Below the pieces are notes generated by a model. It saw only the letters and a program-made list of their open reading frames with translations. It ran no database searches and was not told where the DNA came from. DNA of 64,000 nucleotides from Desulfatiglandales bacterium (GTDB lineage Bacteria > Desulfobacterota > DSM-4660 > Desulfatiglandales > Desulfatiglandaceae), in assembly GCA_963666345.1 (NCBI GenBank), contig OY762721.1, forward strand, positions 64,001 through 128,000, given 5' to 3'. This document shows positions 41,839-51,360 of this stretch, one piece after another. Numbering within the stretch: the first letter of the stretch is position 1; each line of letters begins with the position of its first letter. The position numbers and the translations under genes were made by a program.

Positions 41839-42807
41839 ATGAAATCGTTGATAGAAAAGATCCTTGCAGGTGACGTGAGAACTGTTGCACGTTTGATAAG
41901 AGATATAGACGACGGCATTCCTGATGTAAGGGAAGTTTTGAAGGAACTCTACCCTTTTACAGGCAAGGCCTATGTCGTTGGAATAACAGGTGCTCCGGGT
42001 GTGGGTAAAAGCACCTTGGTGGACCAGATGGTCGCGCACCTGCGGAAAAGGAAAAAAACCGTGGGGGTCCTTGCAGTGGATCCCACCAGCCCTTTCAGCG
42101 GCGGGGCCATACTGGGAGACAGAATCAGGATGCAACGTCACAGCATGGACCAGGGGGTGTTTATTAGATCCCTTGCCACAAGGGGACATTTCGGTGGGCT
42201 GACTCAGTCCACCCGCAGTGCCATAGATGTGCTCGATGCGATGGGAAAGGACTATGTCCTTGTTGAAACGGTGGGTGTCGGACAGGATGAAGTGGATGTA
42301 ATGAAAAGCGTTCATACAACGGTAATAATGGCAATACCGGGGATGGGAGATGACATACAGGCAATCAAAGCGGGAATCCTGGAGGTAGGTGACATATTTG
42401 TTGTAAACAAGGCCGACAGGGATGGAGTCGATAGGACCGTGAATGACTTGAAACAGATGATAGAAATGGATCAGAGAAGGGGAAGGGAAGGGGGATGGAA
42501 GCCACCGGTTATCAAGGCTCAGGCGGTTTTTGATAAAGGTGTGGAAACTCTGCTTGAACAAATAGACAATCATCAGTCGCATCTGAAGGAAACCGATGGG
42601 GTGATAAACTTCAGGAGAAGGAAAAAGATAATAAGAGAGGAACTTGAGGATATGGTAAAAGGCAGGATCTTTGAAGAGGTCAGCCGGCACCTTATAGAAA
42701 CAGGCGCGTTTGAAGATGCAATAGAATCGGTAATTAACGGGGAAATAGATCCTTATTCAGCCTGTGACAACCTTGTATTACCTGCCCTGCGGATTGAAAC
42801 GGAATAA
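41839..42807 (+). CDS. meaB: Mutase-associated GTPase MeaB
   Basis: GAPGVGKST, DPTSPFSGGAILGDRIRM, ETVGVGQ, NKAD. Confidence 0.95.
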   Translation: MKSLIEKILAGDVRTVARLIRDIDDGIPDVREVLKELYPFTGKAYVVGITGAPGVGKSTLVDQMVAHLRKRKKTVGVLAVDPTSPFSGGAILGDRIRMQRHSMDQGVFIRSLATRGHFGGLTQSTRSAIDVLDAMGKDYVLVETVGVGQDEVDVMKSVHTTVIMAIPGMGDDIQAIKAGILEVGDIFVVNKADRDGVDRTVNDLKQMIEMDQRRGREGGWKPPVIKAQAVFDKGVETLLEQIDNHQSHLKETDGVINFRRRKKIIREELEDMVKGRIFEEVSRHLIETGAFEDAIESVINGEIDPYSACDNLVLPALRIETE

Positions 42808-42925
42808 AGGACGGTTTATCCATGAAAGGGGGGTTGTGTTTCCCGTTAGTCAGCTTTTCTATCATGAAAATCTTCGTGAAAACGACTTTTGTTTGAAATC
42901 CTTAAGAGGAGAATATTTACTGTTA

Positions 42926-43171
42926 ATGGGAAGCGTCTTTTGGTGGATAAAACAGGCCTTATTGGTCATTGTAGGTAGCTTTTTTCTCATATTTGGAATT
43001 CAGTTGCTGACTGCTTCATACCGATTTAATGACCCTTTCAGTTTTATTATGACTTTTTTTGCCTCAAATTTCATAATACTTATAAGCGCGACTTTGGTCA
43101 TAGGTTTTATTTGTCGTATTATAAAGGCTTACCGTGAGCGAAGTAAAAAAACAGGAGGTCCCGATGGCTAG
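42926..43171 (+). CDS. Small two-TM membrane protein
   Basis: MGSVFWWIKQ... with two hydrophobic segments; overlaps the start of the next gene. Confidence 0.55.
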   Translation: MGSVFWWIKQALLVIVGSFFLIFGIQLLTASYRFNDPFSFIMTFFASNFIILISATLVIGFICRIIKAYRERSKKTGGPDG

Positions 43172-43715
43172 AAGAAAAAGCCCTCAGCCCCTGGGCAAAA
43201 GGCTGATGACCCTCAGAAAAGAAAAAAAAATGACCCTGAAGAGTATGGCTAATGAAACCGGGCTCGCTCCCAAGTATATATCCGGGATTGAAAAAGGTGA
43301 GGTAATGCCGCCAGTTTCAGCAATCCTTCAACTTTCAAGGGCACTGGAAATCGATTCCGCCATACTCCTGAAGGAGGAGAGACAAAAGGCGGAAAAAAAA
43401 TCTGCAGATGATTACGCCAAAAGGACAGAGGCATATACCTATGAAAATCTTACGCCGGAGGCACGGCACAAACATCTTAAGGCATTCAGGGTATTTATTG
43501 ACCCTATGTCGGAACATAAGACAGGGGCCAGATATCAGCATATAGGTGAGGAATTTCAATATGTACTTAAAGGAAAGGTAGAGGTGCTTGTTGGAGAGAA
43601 TAAGAACATCCTGGGTCCCGGGGATTGTCTGCACTTTAATTCTTCCATCGTGCATAAGCTGAAAAACATAAGCAAAAAAAGAGCAGAACTGCTGGTGGTT
43701 CTCTACACACCTTGA
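43164..43715 (+). CDS. XRE-family HTH/cupin regulator
   Basis: LGKRLMTLRKEKKMTLK...ISGIEKG; HIGEEFQYVLKG cupin. Confidence 0.9.
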   Translation: MARRKSPQPLGKRLMTLRKEKKMTLKSMANETGLAPKYISGIEKGEVMPPVSAILQLSRALEIDSAILLKEERQKAEKKSADDYAKRTEAYTYENLTPEARHKHLKAFRVFIDPMSEHKTGARYQHIGEEFQYVLKGKVEVLVGENKNILGPGDCLHFNSSIVHKLKNISKKRAELLVVLYTP

Positions 43716-43811
43716 TAAAAAATGGCTTTTGCTCAAATATGCAAAATCTGGTTTTTCATGTCGGGATCTTATACTGTTTACCGGTTTTCGACGAACCTTT
43801 GAGGTGAATAA

Positions 43812-44954
43812 ATGGCCTATCAGCTCAATGAAGAACAGAAAATGATTCGGTCCATGGTAAGGGATTTTGCCAGGGAGATCGTACTGCCTACGGCGTCGGA
43901 AAGGGACAGGACATGTGAATTTCCCTGGGAAAATCTTAAGAAAATGGGCGGACTGGGCCTTATGGGAATGAGCGTTCCGACCGAATATAACGGGGCCGGT
44001 GCGGATACGGTGAGTTACTCGGCTGCGCTTCAGGAAATAGCCTACGCGTGCGCCTCTACTGCAGTTGTAATGTCAGTGCATAATTCCGTTGCCTGCGGAC
44101 CCATCTATCTTTTCGGGTCCGACTATCTAAAGGAGAGATATCTCAAAGCACTGGCAAGCGGTGAGAAGATAGGTTCTTTCGCATTGACGGAACCCGGCGC
44201 GGGCTCTGACCCTGCAAGCCAGAGAACAAAGGCGGTTAAGAAAGGAGATTCCTACATCTTAAACGGAACAAAGGTATTTATCACGACCGGCAAGAATTCC
44301 GATATCACGGTCGTAACCGCCTACACTGACAGAGGCAAAAGACACCGAGGCATAAGCGCCTTTGTGGTTGAAAAGGGTACCCCCGGTTTTTCTGTCGGCA
44401 AAGAGGAAGACAAGATGGGACTAAGGGCCTCAGACACTGTAGAACTTATTCTTGAAGACTGCATTGTGCCTGAGTCAAATCTCCTGGGTAATGAAGGAGA
44501 CGGATTTGTAATATCCATGGCGTCTCTGGACGGCGGAAGAATCGGAATCGCCTCTCAATCGGTTGGCATTGCCCAGGCCTGTATTGATACCTCTGTAAAC
44601 TATGCCAGAGAAAGGGTTCAGTTCAACAAGCCTATCTCACAGTTTCAGGGTCTTCGCTGGATGCTTGCAGACATGGCTACCCAGATAGAGGCAGCAAGGC
44701 TTCTCACATTTAATGCTGCGGCAATGAGGGATCGTGAAGAAAATTATTCGGCTGCCGCCTCCATGGCCAAACTTTTTGCCTCTGAAATGGCCAACAAGGT
44801 CGCTTACCAGGCCTTGCAGATACATGGCGGGTATGGTTATATTAAAGATTTTCCGGTTGAAAGACACTACAGAGACGTAAGGGTCCTTACTATCTATGAA
44901 GGAACATCTGAAATCCAGAGGAAGGTAATCGCGAATCATGTAATAGGAAGGTAA
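43812..44954 (+). CDS. Short-chain (butyryl-type) acyl-CoA dehydrogenase
   Basis: FALTEPGAGSD, LDGGRIGIASQ, QIHGGYGY, IYEGTSEIQR. Confidence 0.95.
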   Translation: MAYQLNEEQKMIRSMVRDFAREIVLPTASERDRTCEFPWENLKKMGGLGLMGMSVPTEYNGAGADTVSYSAALQEIAYACASTAVVMSVHNSVACGPIYLFGSDYLKERYLKALASGEKIGSFALTEPGAGSDPASQRTKAVKKGDSYILNGTKVFITTGKNSDITVVTAYTDRGKRHRGISAFVVEKGTPGFSVGKEEDKMGLRASDTVELILEDCIVPESNLLGNEGDGFVISMASLDGGRIGIASQSVGIAQACIDTSVNYARERVQFNKPISQFQGLRWMLADMATQIEAARLLTFNAAAMRDREENYSAAASMAKLFASEMANKVAYQALQIHGGYGYIKDFPVERHYRDVRVLTIYEGTSEIQRKVIANHVIGR

Positions 44955-44970
44955 AGAGTTCGCCTCAATG

Positions 44971-45190
44971 TTTCAAGGCCTCGTAAAAGCCTGTTTATCC
45001 AGCTTTGCGGCAGCCTATTGGTAACGAAGTAGGAGACTTCGGCGGCACTAATCATTATCAGTAACTCGATTGGGAAACAAGGTCTCAGCTATCGCATCGA
45101 TATGATTTTGTTGGAAGTCCAACTGTTCCGCCTTGGCGGGAGAACTTTCCGCTTTGCTGTCTAAATTATCACTTTTTACAGGCGCATCAA
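44971..45190. mobile_element. Putative degenerate MITE-like element
   Basis: Imperfect terminal inverted repeats TTCAAGGCCTCGTAAAAGC ... ACTTTTTACAGGCGCATCAA; no ORF inside. Confidence 0.4.
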
Positions 45191-45196
45191 TTTTTA

Positions 45197-46099
45197 ATGG
45201 ATAACCTATTTGATAGTTACCAAGATATTATTCCGGATTTCAAGAGGTTCAAGGAAATACTTTCAAGTCCGATTCCCACCCACCTCAGGATTAATTCAAT
45301 AAAATCTGACCCTCAAGAAACCTTGAATTCCCTCATGGATAAGTCTCTAGGCCTCGGGTTTAATGATAAACAATATCAAAATCTCGTTTACTGCAGGGAT
45401 CTTAATTCCCCGGGGAACCTTATTGAGTACTTTTTGGGTGCTGTTCATCCTCAGGCCTTTACCTCCTGCCTTGCTGCGATAGCACTTTGGCCTAAGAAGG
45501 ATTCCTATGTGCTTGACATGTGTGCCTCACCTGGCGGCAAGACTTCACATATGGCCGATCTGATGAAAAACAGCGGGATAATTGTAGCCAATGAGTTGTA
45601 TTCAAACAGGCGAGTTCCGCTCGGAAATACACTGGCAAGGCTCGGGGTCGTAAATACGGTAGTGACAGCGTACCAGGCCCAGGAATTTCCCCTGAAGCAC
45701 TCTTTCGATTTTATACTTGCAGATGTCCCATGCTCAGGTGAGGGAAGATTCAGGTTGAGCGACAAGACAAAGGCGCTCAGAAAACTCCGTAAACAATACG
45801 CGATTCAGGATTTGCAGAAAAAGATAATAGTAAGGGGCTTTGATCTTCTGAAAGAACACGGGGTAATGCTTTATTCGACCTGCACGTATAACCCTGATGA
45901 AAATGAATCCATAATCGATTTTCTCTTAAAAAGCAGAGACGCAGAAATTCTGCCTCTCAGTCTGGGTCCATATGAAGACCTGGGGCTTTTAGGGTGGAAC
46001 GGGAGACATTATGACAAACGTATCGGAAATACCCGCAGATTCTATCCTCACAGAATCGATTCTGTTGGATTCTTCATGGCCAAAATTGGCAGAAGATAA
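45197..46099 (+). CDS. RsmB/RsmF/NOL1 family m5C RNA methyltransferase
   Basis: VLDMCASPGGKT, ADVPCSGEG, YSTCT. Confidence 0.93.
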   Translation: MDNLFDSYQDIIPDFKRFKEILSSPIPTHLRINSIKSDPQETLNSLMDKSLGLGFNDKQYQNLVYCRDLNSPGNLIEYFLGAVHPQAFTSCLAAIALWPKKDSYVLDMCASPGGKTSHMADLMKNSGIIVANELYSNRRVPLGNTLARLGVVNTVVTAYQAQEFPLKHSFDFILADVPCSGEGRFRLSDKTKALRKLRKQYAIQDLQKKIIVRGFDLLKEHGVMLYSTCTYNPDENESIIDFLLKSRDAEILPLSLGPYEDLGLLGWNGRHYDKRIGNTRRFYPHRIDSVGFFMAKIGRR

Positions 46100-46553
46100 G
46101 GACAGGGATCAAATTTTCGGATATCTCGAAAAAAGATTCGGAATAGATAAGTCTTTTTTCAAAGGGTACATACTTTTAAAAAGAAAGCGCAGCTGGAACC
46201 TTTTGAAAAATGATAAAGCCCTTGTTTCAGCGTGCAGTTTAAAGGCAGGAAAGGTCGGAATTAGGGCATTCCGGAAGATAGGTGCATACATTAAACCCAC
46301 GACAAGGATGATACAGTTATTCGGATCATATGCCACAAAGGCCAAGATGTCTGTTGATATCACGGACCTCATAAGGCTTCAGAGAGGGGAGCCTCTGAAA
46401 ACGGATCTTAATCTTGAGATGGGCTATGTAATACTGACCCTGGGAAGAGGAAACGTCCTGGGGCTCGGATTTTTTTCGGATGGAATGATTAGGTCGCAAA
46501 TATCCAGAAGGGACCTTAGAGATTCAATTTTGAGGTCCCCGGTTAATCTGTAG
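46086..46553 (+). CDS. Hypothetical protein, possible stand-alone RsmF C-terminal/NIP7-like RNA-binding module
   Basis: Overlaps the methyltransferase end; KPTTRMIQLFG...GYVILTL...VLGLG pattern; TTG start assumed. Confidence 0.55.
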   Translation: MAEDKDRDQIFGYLEKRFGIDKSFFKGYILLKRKRSWNLLKNDKALVSACSLKAGKVGIRAFRKIGAYIKPTTRMIQLFGSYATKAKMSVDITDLIRLQRGEPLKTDLNLEMGYVILTLGRGNVLGLGFFSDGMIRSQISRRDLRDSILRSPVNL

Positions 46554-46655
46554 GTTAGCCGGCACAATGTCCATAATGAAGCTTAGAATTTCGTGTGGAA
46601 CGCACGAATGATTGTCAAAAGCTATTTGTCATTAGTTTGTCATAGGAGGGAAAAG

Positions 46656-47858
46656 ATGTTAACGAAGTTACAGCTTGAAAGATACTCCGAGGTCCTGCTG
46701 TGGGGACTTAAAACTGCAAGACGAAAACGTTATAAAAAGGGTGATGTTGTTGCTTTAAGATACGACCTTGCCGCTTCAAGACTTGCGGAGACACTTCAGG
46801 CGAAACTTATCGAATCCGGTTTTAACCTGATAATGAGGCCGGGGCTGACTTCACTTATGGAACAAAACTTTTACGGAAAGGCGGATATTGGTCAACTCAG
46901 ATTCATTGCCCCGGGCGAAACAGAGCTTCATAAAAACCTGAACGGAAGCATTTTCCTGTTTGCACCTGATTCTTTGACCCATCTAAGCGGTATAGATCCG
47001 AGGAAGATCGGAAAGGCTGCGGTTTCAAGAAAGTTCCTGAGAGATATACTTCAGCGAAGAGAAGAGGAGGGCTCCTTTGGCTGGACCTTGTGCGCAATGC
47101 CTACCGATGAACTGGCAAGGCAGGCTCAGCTTACTCAAAGGCAGTACACGAACCAGATAGTAAAGGCCTGCTACCTTGACAGGGATGATCCTGTCAAGGC
47201 ATGGAAGGAAATCTTCAGATCTGCCAAGGTAATAAAAAAAAGGCTTAACAGTATGGAGGTCGAATATTACCACATAGAGTCAAAATACATAGACCTTAAG
47301 GTAAGACCCGGCAGACAACGAAAGTGGATAGGAATTTCAGGACACAATATTCCCAGTTTTGAGATATTTCTTTCACCTGACTGGCGAGGCACAGAGGGTG
47401 TATATTACGCCAATCAGCCCTCTTTCAGAAGCGGAAACTACGTGGAGGGTGTAAGGCTTACCTTTAAGAAAGGTTCGGTTACGGGTATATACGCAAAAAA
47501 GGGGAAAGAGTTTGTCGAAAAACAACTTTCAATGGACAAAGGGGCAAGGCGATTAGGGGAATTTTCTCTTACTGACAAACGGTTTTCAAGGATAAACAGG
47601 TTTATGGCAAACACACTTTATGATGAGAACTACGGAGGTCGCTATGGCAACTGTCACCTTGCCGTGGGTGCCTCATACTCTGATACCTATGATGGAGACC
47701 CTGCCGGACTTACCGAAGAAGAGAAAGAAAGACTCGGGTTTAATGATTCGGCACTTCACTGGGACCTTGTAAATACAGAAAACAAAAGGGTAACGGCACA
47801 CCTGAAAGGTGGAGAAAAAGACGTGATATATGAAAATGGGCTGTTTATTCTTAAATGA
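46656..47858 (+). CDS. Aminopeptidase, peptidase M29 (AmpS/T)
   Basis: HNIPSFEIF, LGEFS, TLYDEN, HLAVG, SALHWD. Confidence 0.9.
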   Translation: MLTKLQLERYSEVLLWGLKTARRKRYKKGDVVALRYDLAASRLAETLQAKLIESGFNLIMRPGLTSLMEQNFYGKADIGQLRFIAPGETELHKNLNGSIFLFAPDSLTHLSGIDPRKIGKAAVSRKFLRDILQRREEEGSFGWTLCAMPTDELARQAQLTQRQYTNQIVKACYLDRDDPVKAWKEIFRSAKVIKKRLNSMEVEYYHIESKYIDLKVRPGRQRKWIGISGHNIPSFEIFLSPDWRGTEGVYYANQPSFRSGNYVEGVRLTFKKGSVTGIYAKKGKEFVEKQLSMDKGARRLGEFSLTDKRFSRINRFMANTLYDENYGGRYGNCHLAVGASYSDTYDGDPAGLTEEEKERLGFNDSALHWDLVNTENKRVTAHLKGGEKDVIYENGLFILK

Positions 47859-47877
47859 CAGCATTGATCTATATCAA

Positions 47878-48420
47878 GAGACAAGCTGATCAGAAGTTGC
47901 CTTATGGAGGTAATAAACAACAGACATGATATTTCCTTTTTCAAGAAAAGAATGCCCGGCTCCGAGCTTTGGCGTCTTTATGATGATTTCCGCGACAATG
48001 CGGTTTTCCTTGATATTGAAACGAACGGGGGGTTCAGGGGATTCATGAGATAACGGTTATAGGACTATATGACGGACATGATGTCGACACCTTTGTAAAC
48101 GGAAAAAATCTCAACGATTTTGAGGCTGCTGTTGAAGGTTATGACATTACGATAACCTTTAACGGAAAATGCTTTGATATCCCTATCATTTCAAGCTGGT
48201 TCAGAGGTATCTCCCTGCCTTGGGTACATCTTGATCTAAGATTGCGGACTCAAAAAGATTGGAAAGGAATTCGGGATTTTTAGGGAAAACAGCATCCAGG
48301 GCCTTACCGGTTACGATGCTGTTTTGCTCTGGGATGCATATCAGCAGCGGGGTGATCAAGTCCTCCCTCGAAAGGTTGGTTGAATACAACAGGGCCGATA
48401 TTATGAATATGAAACCTTAA
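47878..48420 (+). pseudogene. Frameshifted DEDD/RNase H-like exonuclease (YprB-like)
   Basis: Motifs split over different frames: WRLY...AVFLDIET, ITVIGLYDG...ITFNGKCFDIP...HLDLR, GLKRLE, GYDAVLLW, LVEYNRAD. Confidence 0.8.
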
Positions 48421-48536
48421 ATGGGAAAAGGCTACAGGGAGTTGAGAAAAAAGGCGACTTCAGCTTTTTAGGGCCCCTTAGTTCTTATGGTCGTCGACCT
48501 GTGTGAGAAAACAACCTGACTTGAAAAGCCATCTTC

Positions 48537-49475
48537 TCAGTGCCCTATTATCGATTTAAGTCGCTCCAGGGGCTCTTTAATATCGCCTGAGGGGTGAGTG
48601 CAGTATGGAAAATCGATAAGCCCCTTATCACAGAGGATCCTCTTTAAGATTGATACAGGCTCAACATCGTATATTTCCATAACCTTTCTGAGAAAAAGGC
48701 CTGACTCCCACACCTGCTTTATATAATTCGGATAACCTTTTTCTTCACTGCTGATATGCAGAGAGGACAGGGTCACCTTCTGCCATTGGCCCGGAAAAAG
48801 ATTCGCACCCAGCGAAACAACGCCACTCATGCTGGGATAATTTAGAAAGCGGCCTTCATTTTCATCATAGATCCTGAAGTTTTTTCTCCCCCTGCATGCC
48901 TTTTGGTAGTTATGCACCCTGCCAAGAGAACCTGAATAAACCATACCTGCTATCTCACCTATGGAAGAAATTTCCTTTAATATAGAGGTCCTGATGTTCA
49001 ATCTTTTGAGCGGTCTGTCTGCTCCCCGGACAAATTCCGGGTTGTTATGAAGAATAATGGGTCTTCCTGCAATAGAGGATATTTCCTTGTAATAAACAGG
49101 AAGCCCTCGGTTGCTATGATAATAAAGAGGTGTATCTACCCAGAAAATCTTTCCCCTGTATTTTCTTTTTACGACAATACCATTTAGCTTTGAGTAGTTA
49201 TCCCTGGCAGCCTTTTCACTGTCGCCTGAAACCCAGAAAAAAACAGGGACCTTTTCGCGTATAACATCGAGGGTTTTGGCGAAAAGCTCTACTTTCTGCT
49301 GCGTGCCAAGATTAATACCTTCACCTGATTGAGGGCTTGCGATGAAGATGCCTTGGACATATGGAATTATACTGTCCAAAAGCCTGCCCAGCCCATGTCC
49401 GTCGATAGACCCGTCACTATTTAAAGGGGTCAAAAGATCGACGATAAGACCTCTAGGTGAATTTTGATATTCCAT
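48537..49475 (-). CDS. DapA/NAL-family TIM-barrel protein, probably catalytically degenerate
   Basis: LLTPLNSDGSID, SGEG, TPLYY, PIILHNNP; no Lys in the expected IxGxK strand (IAGMVYSG). Confidence 0.75.
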   Translation of the reverse strand: MEYQNSPRGLIVDLLTPLNSDGSIDGHGLGRLLDSIIPYVQGIFIASPQSGEGINLGTQQKVELFAKTLDVIREKVPVFFWVSGDSEKAARDNYSKLNGIVVKRKYRGKIFWVDTPLYYHSNRGLPVYYKEISSIAGRPIILHNNPEFVRGADRPLKRLNIRTSILKEISSIGEIAGMVYSGSLGRVHNYQKACRGRKNFRIYDENEGRFLNYPSMSGVVSLGANLFPGQWQKVTLSSLHISSEEKGYPNYIKQVWESGLFLRKVMEIYDVEPVSILKRILCDKGLIDFPYCTHPSGDIKEPLERLKSIIGH

Positions 49476-50442
49476 TGAGTCTGAATTCCTCTCCGCCCAA
49501 AACGTCATGCAGGTGTACTACACCCCTGACCTTCATTTGTTTGTCAACAATGGCAAGAAGCGTAATCGAATAAAGTTCCATAAGACCCAGTGCCTCTGCA
49601 GTGGTCTGGTTTTCACCGATTGTTTTTGGCGCAGGAGACATCATCTCTTCCACCTTGAGATCATGGATCATTCCCTTTTTGGTCAGGAGGCATCTCCTGA
49701 GATCACCGTCTGTAATTATCCCCTTGAGCCTCTTTTCCGCATCAACGATAAACGTTGCTCCAATCCCTTTTGAATCGATCTCTCTGACCGCTTCATCTGC
49801 CATTGTACCTAACTGGACTTCAGGTATGTTGTCACCGGCGAGCATTACCTCTTTAACCTTCTTGCCCAGTCTTTCACCAAGGCTCCCACCAGGATGAAAT
49901 CGTCTGAAATCCTCCAAGTCAAAACTGCGGCGGTTTATGAGAACCACGGAAAGGGCGTCTCCCATCGCAAGGGCCGCAGTAGTGCTGGCCGTTGGTGCTA
50001 ATCCCATTGGACAAGCCTCTCTTTCTACTCCAACGTCTATGGTAATGTCCGATAATTGTGCCATTTGGCTGTCAGGCCTTCCTGTAAACGAGATAATCTT
50101 TATTCCCATCTCCTTCAGTATCGGAAGAATCGAATTTATTTCCGACGTCCGGCCGCTGTTGGAAAGTGCCAGCACAATGTCATCATGCGTTACCATCCCG
50201 AGGTCTCCATGGATTGCCTCTGCCGGATGTAAAAAAATCGAGGGTGTCCCTGTGCTGTTTAGCGTGGCCACAATTTTTCTGCCTATCAAACCTGATTTAC
50301 CCATTCCGGTAACTATGACTCTGCCCTTTGCCTTTAAAATGAGGTCTACCGCACTCTCAAATTCCCTGCCGATTCTTTCGACAAGGCCCATAATACTTTC
50401 GGCCTCGATTATCAGGACCTCTTTTGCCTGTTCAATTATCAT
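49453..50442 (-). CDS. kdsD: Arabinose-5-phosphate isomerase (KpsF/GutQ)
   Basis: GMGKSG, HPAEAIHGDLG, APTASTT, FHPGGSLG, CBS pair. Confidence 0.95.
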   Translation of the reverse strand: MIIEQAKEVLIIEAESIMGLVERIGREFESAVDLILKAKGRVIVTGMGKSGLIGRKIVATLNSTGTPSIFLHPAEAIHGDLGMVTHDDIVLALSNSGRTSEINSILPILKEMGIKIISFTGRPDSQMAQLSDITIDVGVEREACPMGLAPTASTTAALAMGDALSVVLINRRSFDLEDFRRFHPGGSLGERLGKKVKEVMLAGDNIPEVQLGTMADEAVREIDSKGIGATFIVDAEKRLKGIITDGDLRRCLLTKKGMIHDLKVEEMMSPAPKTIGENQTTAEALGLMELYSITLLAIVDKQMKVRGVVHLHDVLGGEEFRLNGISKFT

Positions 50443-50668
50443 TTATAGAGTCCAATTCCTTACTGTTATATGATCATTTTGCCGAAGAACGTAAAAGGAC
50501 ATAAATATTAATTAAATAAATCTCTTTATCACTTTCCATGAGGCATCTCAAGGCAATAGTTTGGGAAAAAATCGGAATTGATTTTGACTGGCGCAAAAAA
50601 TATAATGGAAATAATATCGTTCTTTATGCCTGTTTATCATAAAACAAGATAATATTTTGGAGAACCGA

Positions 50669-51268
50669 ATGAACAAAACACCTAAAAAAAATATTGCGGT
50701 TGAAAATGGTGACACACTGTTGCTGGTTGATATGCAGAACGATTTTTTCCCGGGCGGTTCCCTTGCAGTGCCTGAGGCAGATGATATAGTGTCGCCCGCA
50801 AATCGTTATATCAAGATCTTCATTGAAAAGGGGCTGCCTGTCTTATTTTCAAGAGACTGGCACCCTGAAAATCACGTTTCATTTAAATATAAGGGGGGTC
50901 TGTGGCCCTCCCACTGTGTTGCTGGGACAAAAGGAGCTGGTTTTCATCCTCTATTGAACATTCCTGACAATGCAAAGGTAATATCAAAGGCCGTGGAAGA
51001 TAAGATGGATGCCTACTCGGGCTTTCAAGGTACCGATCTTGATAGCCATCTGATATCGGGTAATATTAAGCGCATTTTTATCGGTGGGCTTGCCACAGAG
51101 TACTGTGTGAAAAACAGTGTTCTTGACGCCCTGGGGCTTGGTTACAAGGTCTTTCTGCTTTGTGATGTAATACGCGCAGTGGATGTTGAGCCTGGAGATG
51201 GACAAAAGGCCGTAGAAGAAATGAAAGAAAACGGGGCTTTTACTATCACCCTGGAAACCATCAGGTAG
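50669..51268 (+). CDS. pncA: Nicotinamidase/pyrazinamidase
   Basis: VDMQNDF, DWHPENH, WPSHC, GLATEYCV. Confidence 0.92.
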   Translation: MNKTPKKNIAVENGDTLLLVDMQNDFFPGGSLAVPEADDIVSPANRYIKIFIEKGLPVLFSRDWHPENHVSFKYKGGLWPSHCVAGTKGAGFHPLLNIPDNAKVISKAVEDKMDAYSGFQGTDLDSHLISGNIKRIFIGGLATEYCVKNSVLDALGLGYKVFLLCDVIRAVDVEPGDGQKAVEEMKENGAFTITLETIR

Positions 51269-51297
51269 CATTGCCATTTGGAAAATGGCAATGCTAC
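51265..51297. terminator. Perfect 15-bp hairpin after pncA
   Basis: GTAGCATTGCCATTT-GGA-AAATGGCAATGCTAC; only a weak U-tract follows. Confidence 0.5.
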
Positions 51298-51360
51298 AAT
51301 TTTATATCAAGCAACAGGTTTTCTCATTGTCTAAAACATTTTGCCCAGAGGATATATTAA

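Noticed and set aside
41797..42690. 297-aa antisense ORF (and similar long antisense ORFs over lon, icmA and trpS)
   Set aside because: Mirror frames of well-conserved genes with no recognisable motifs.
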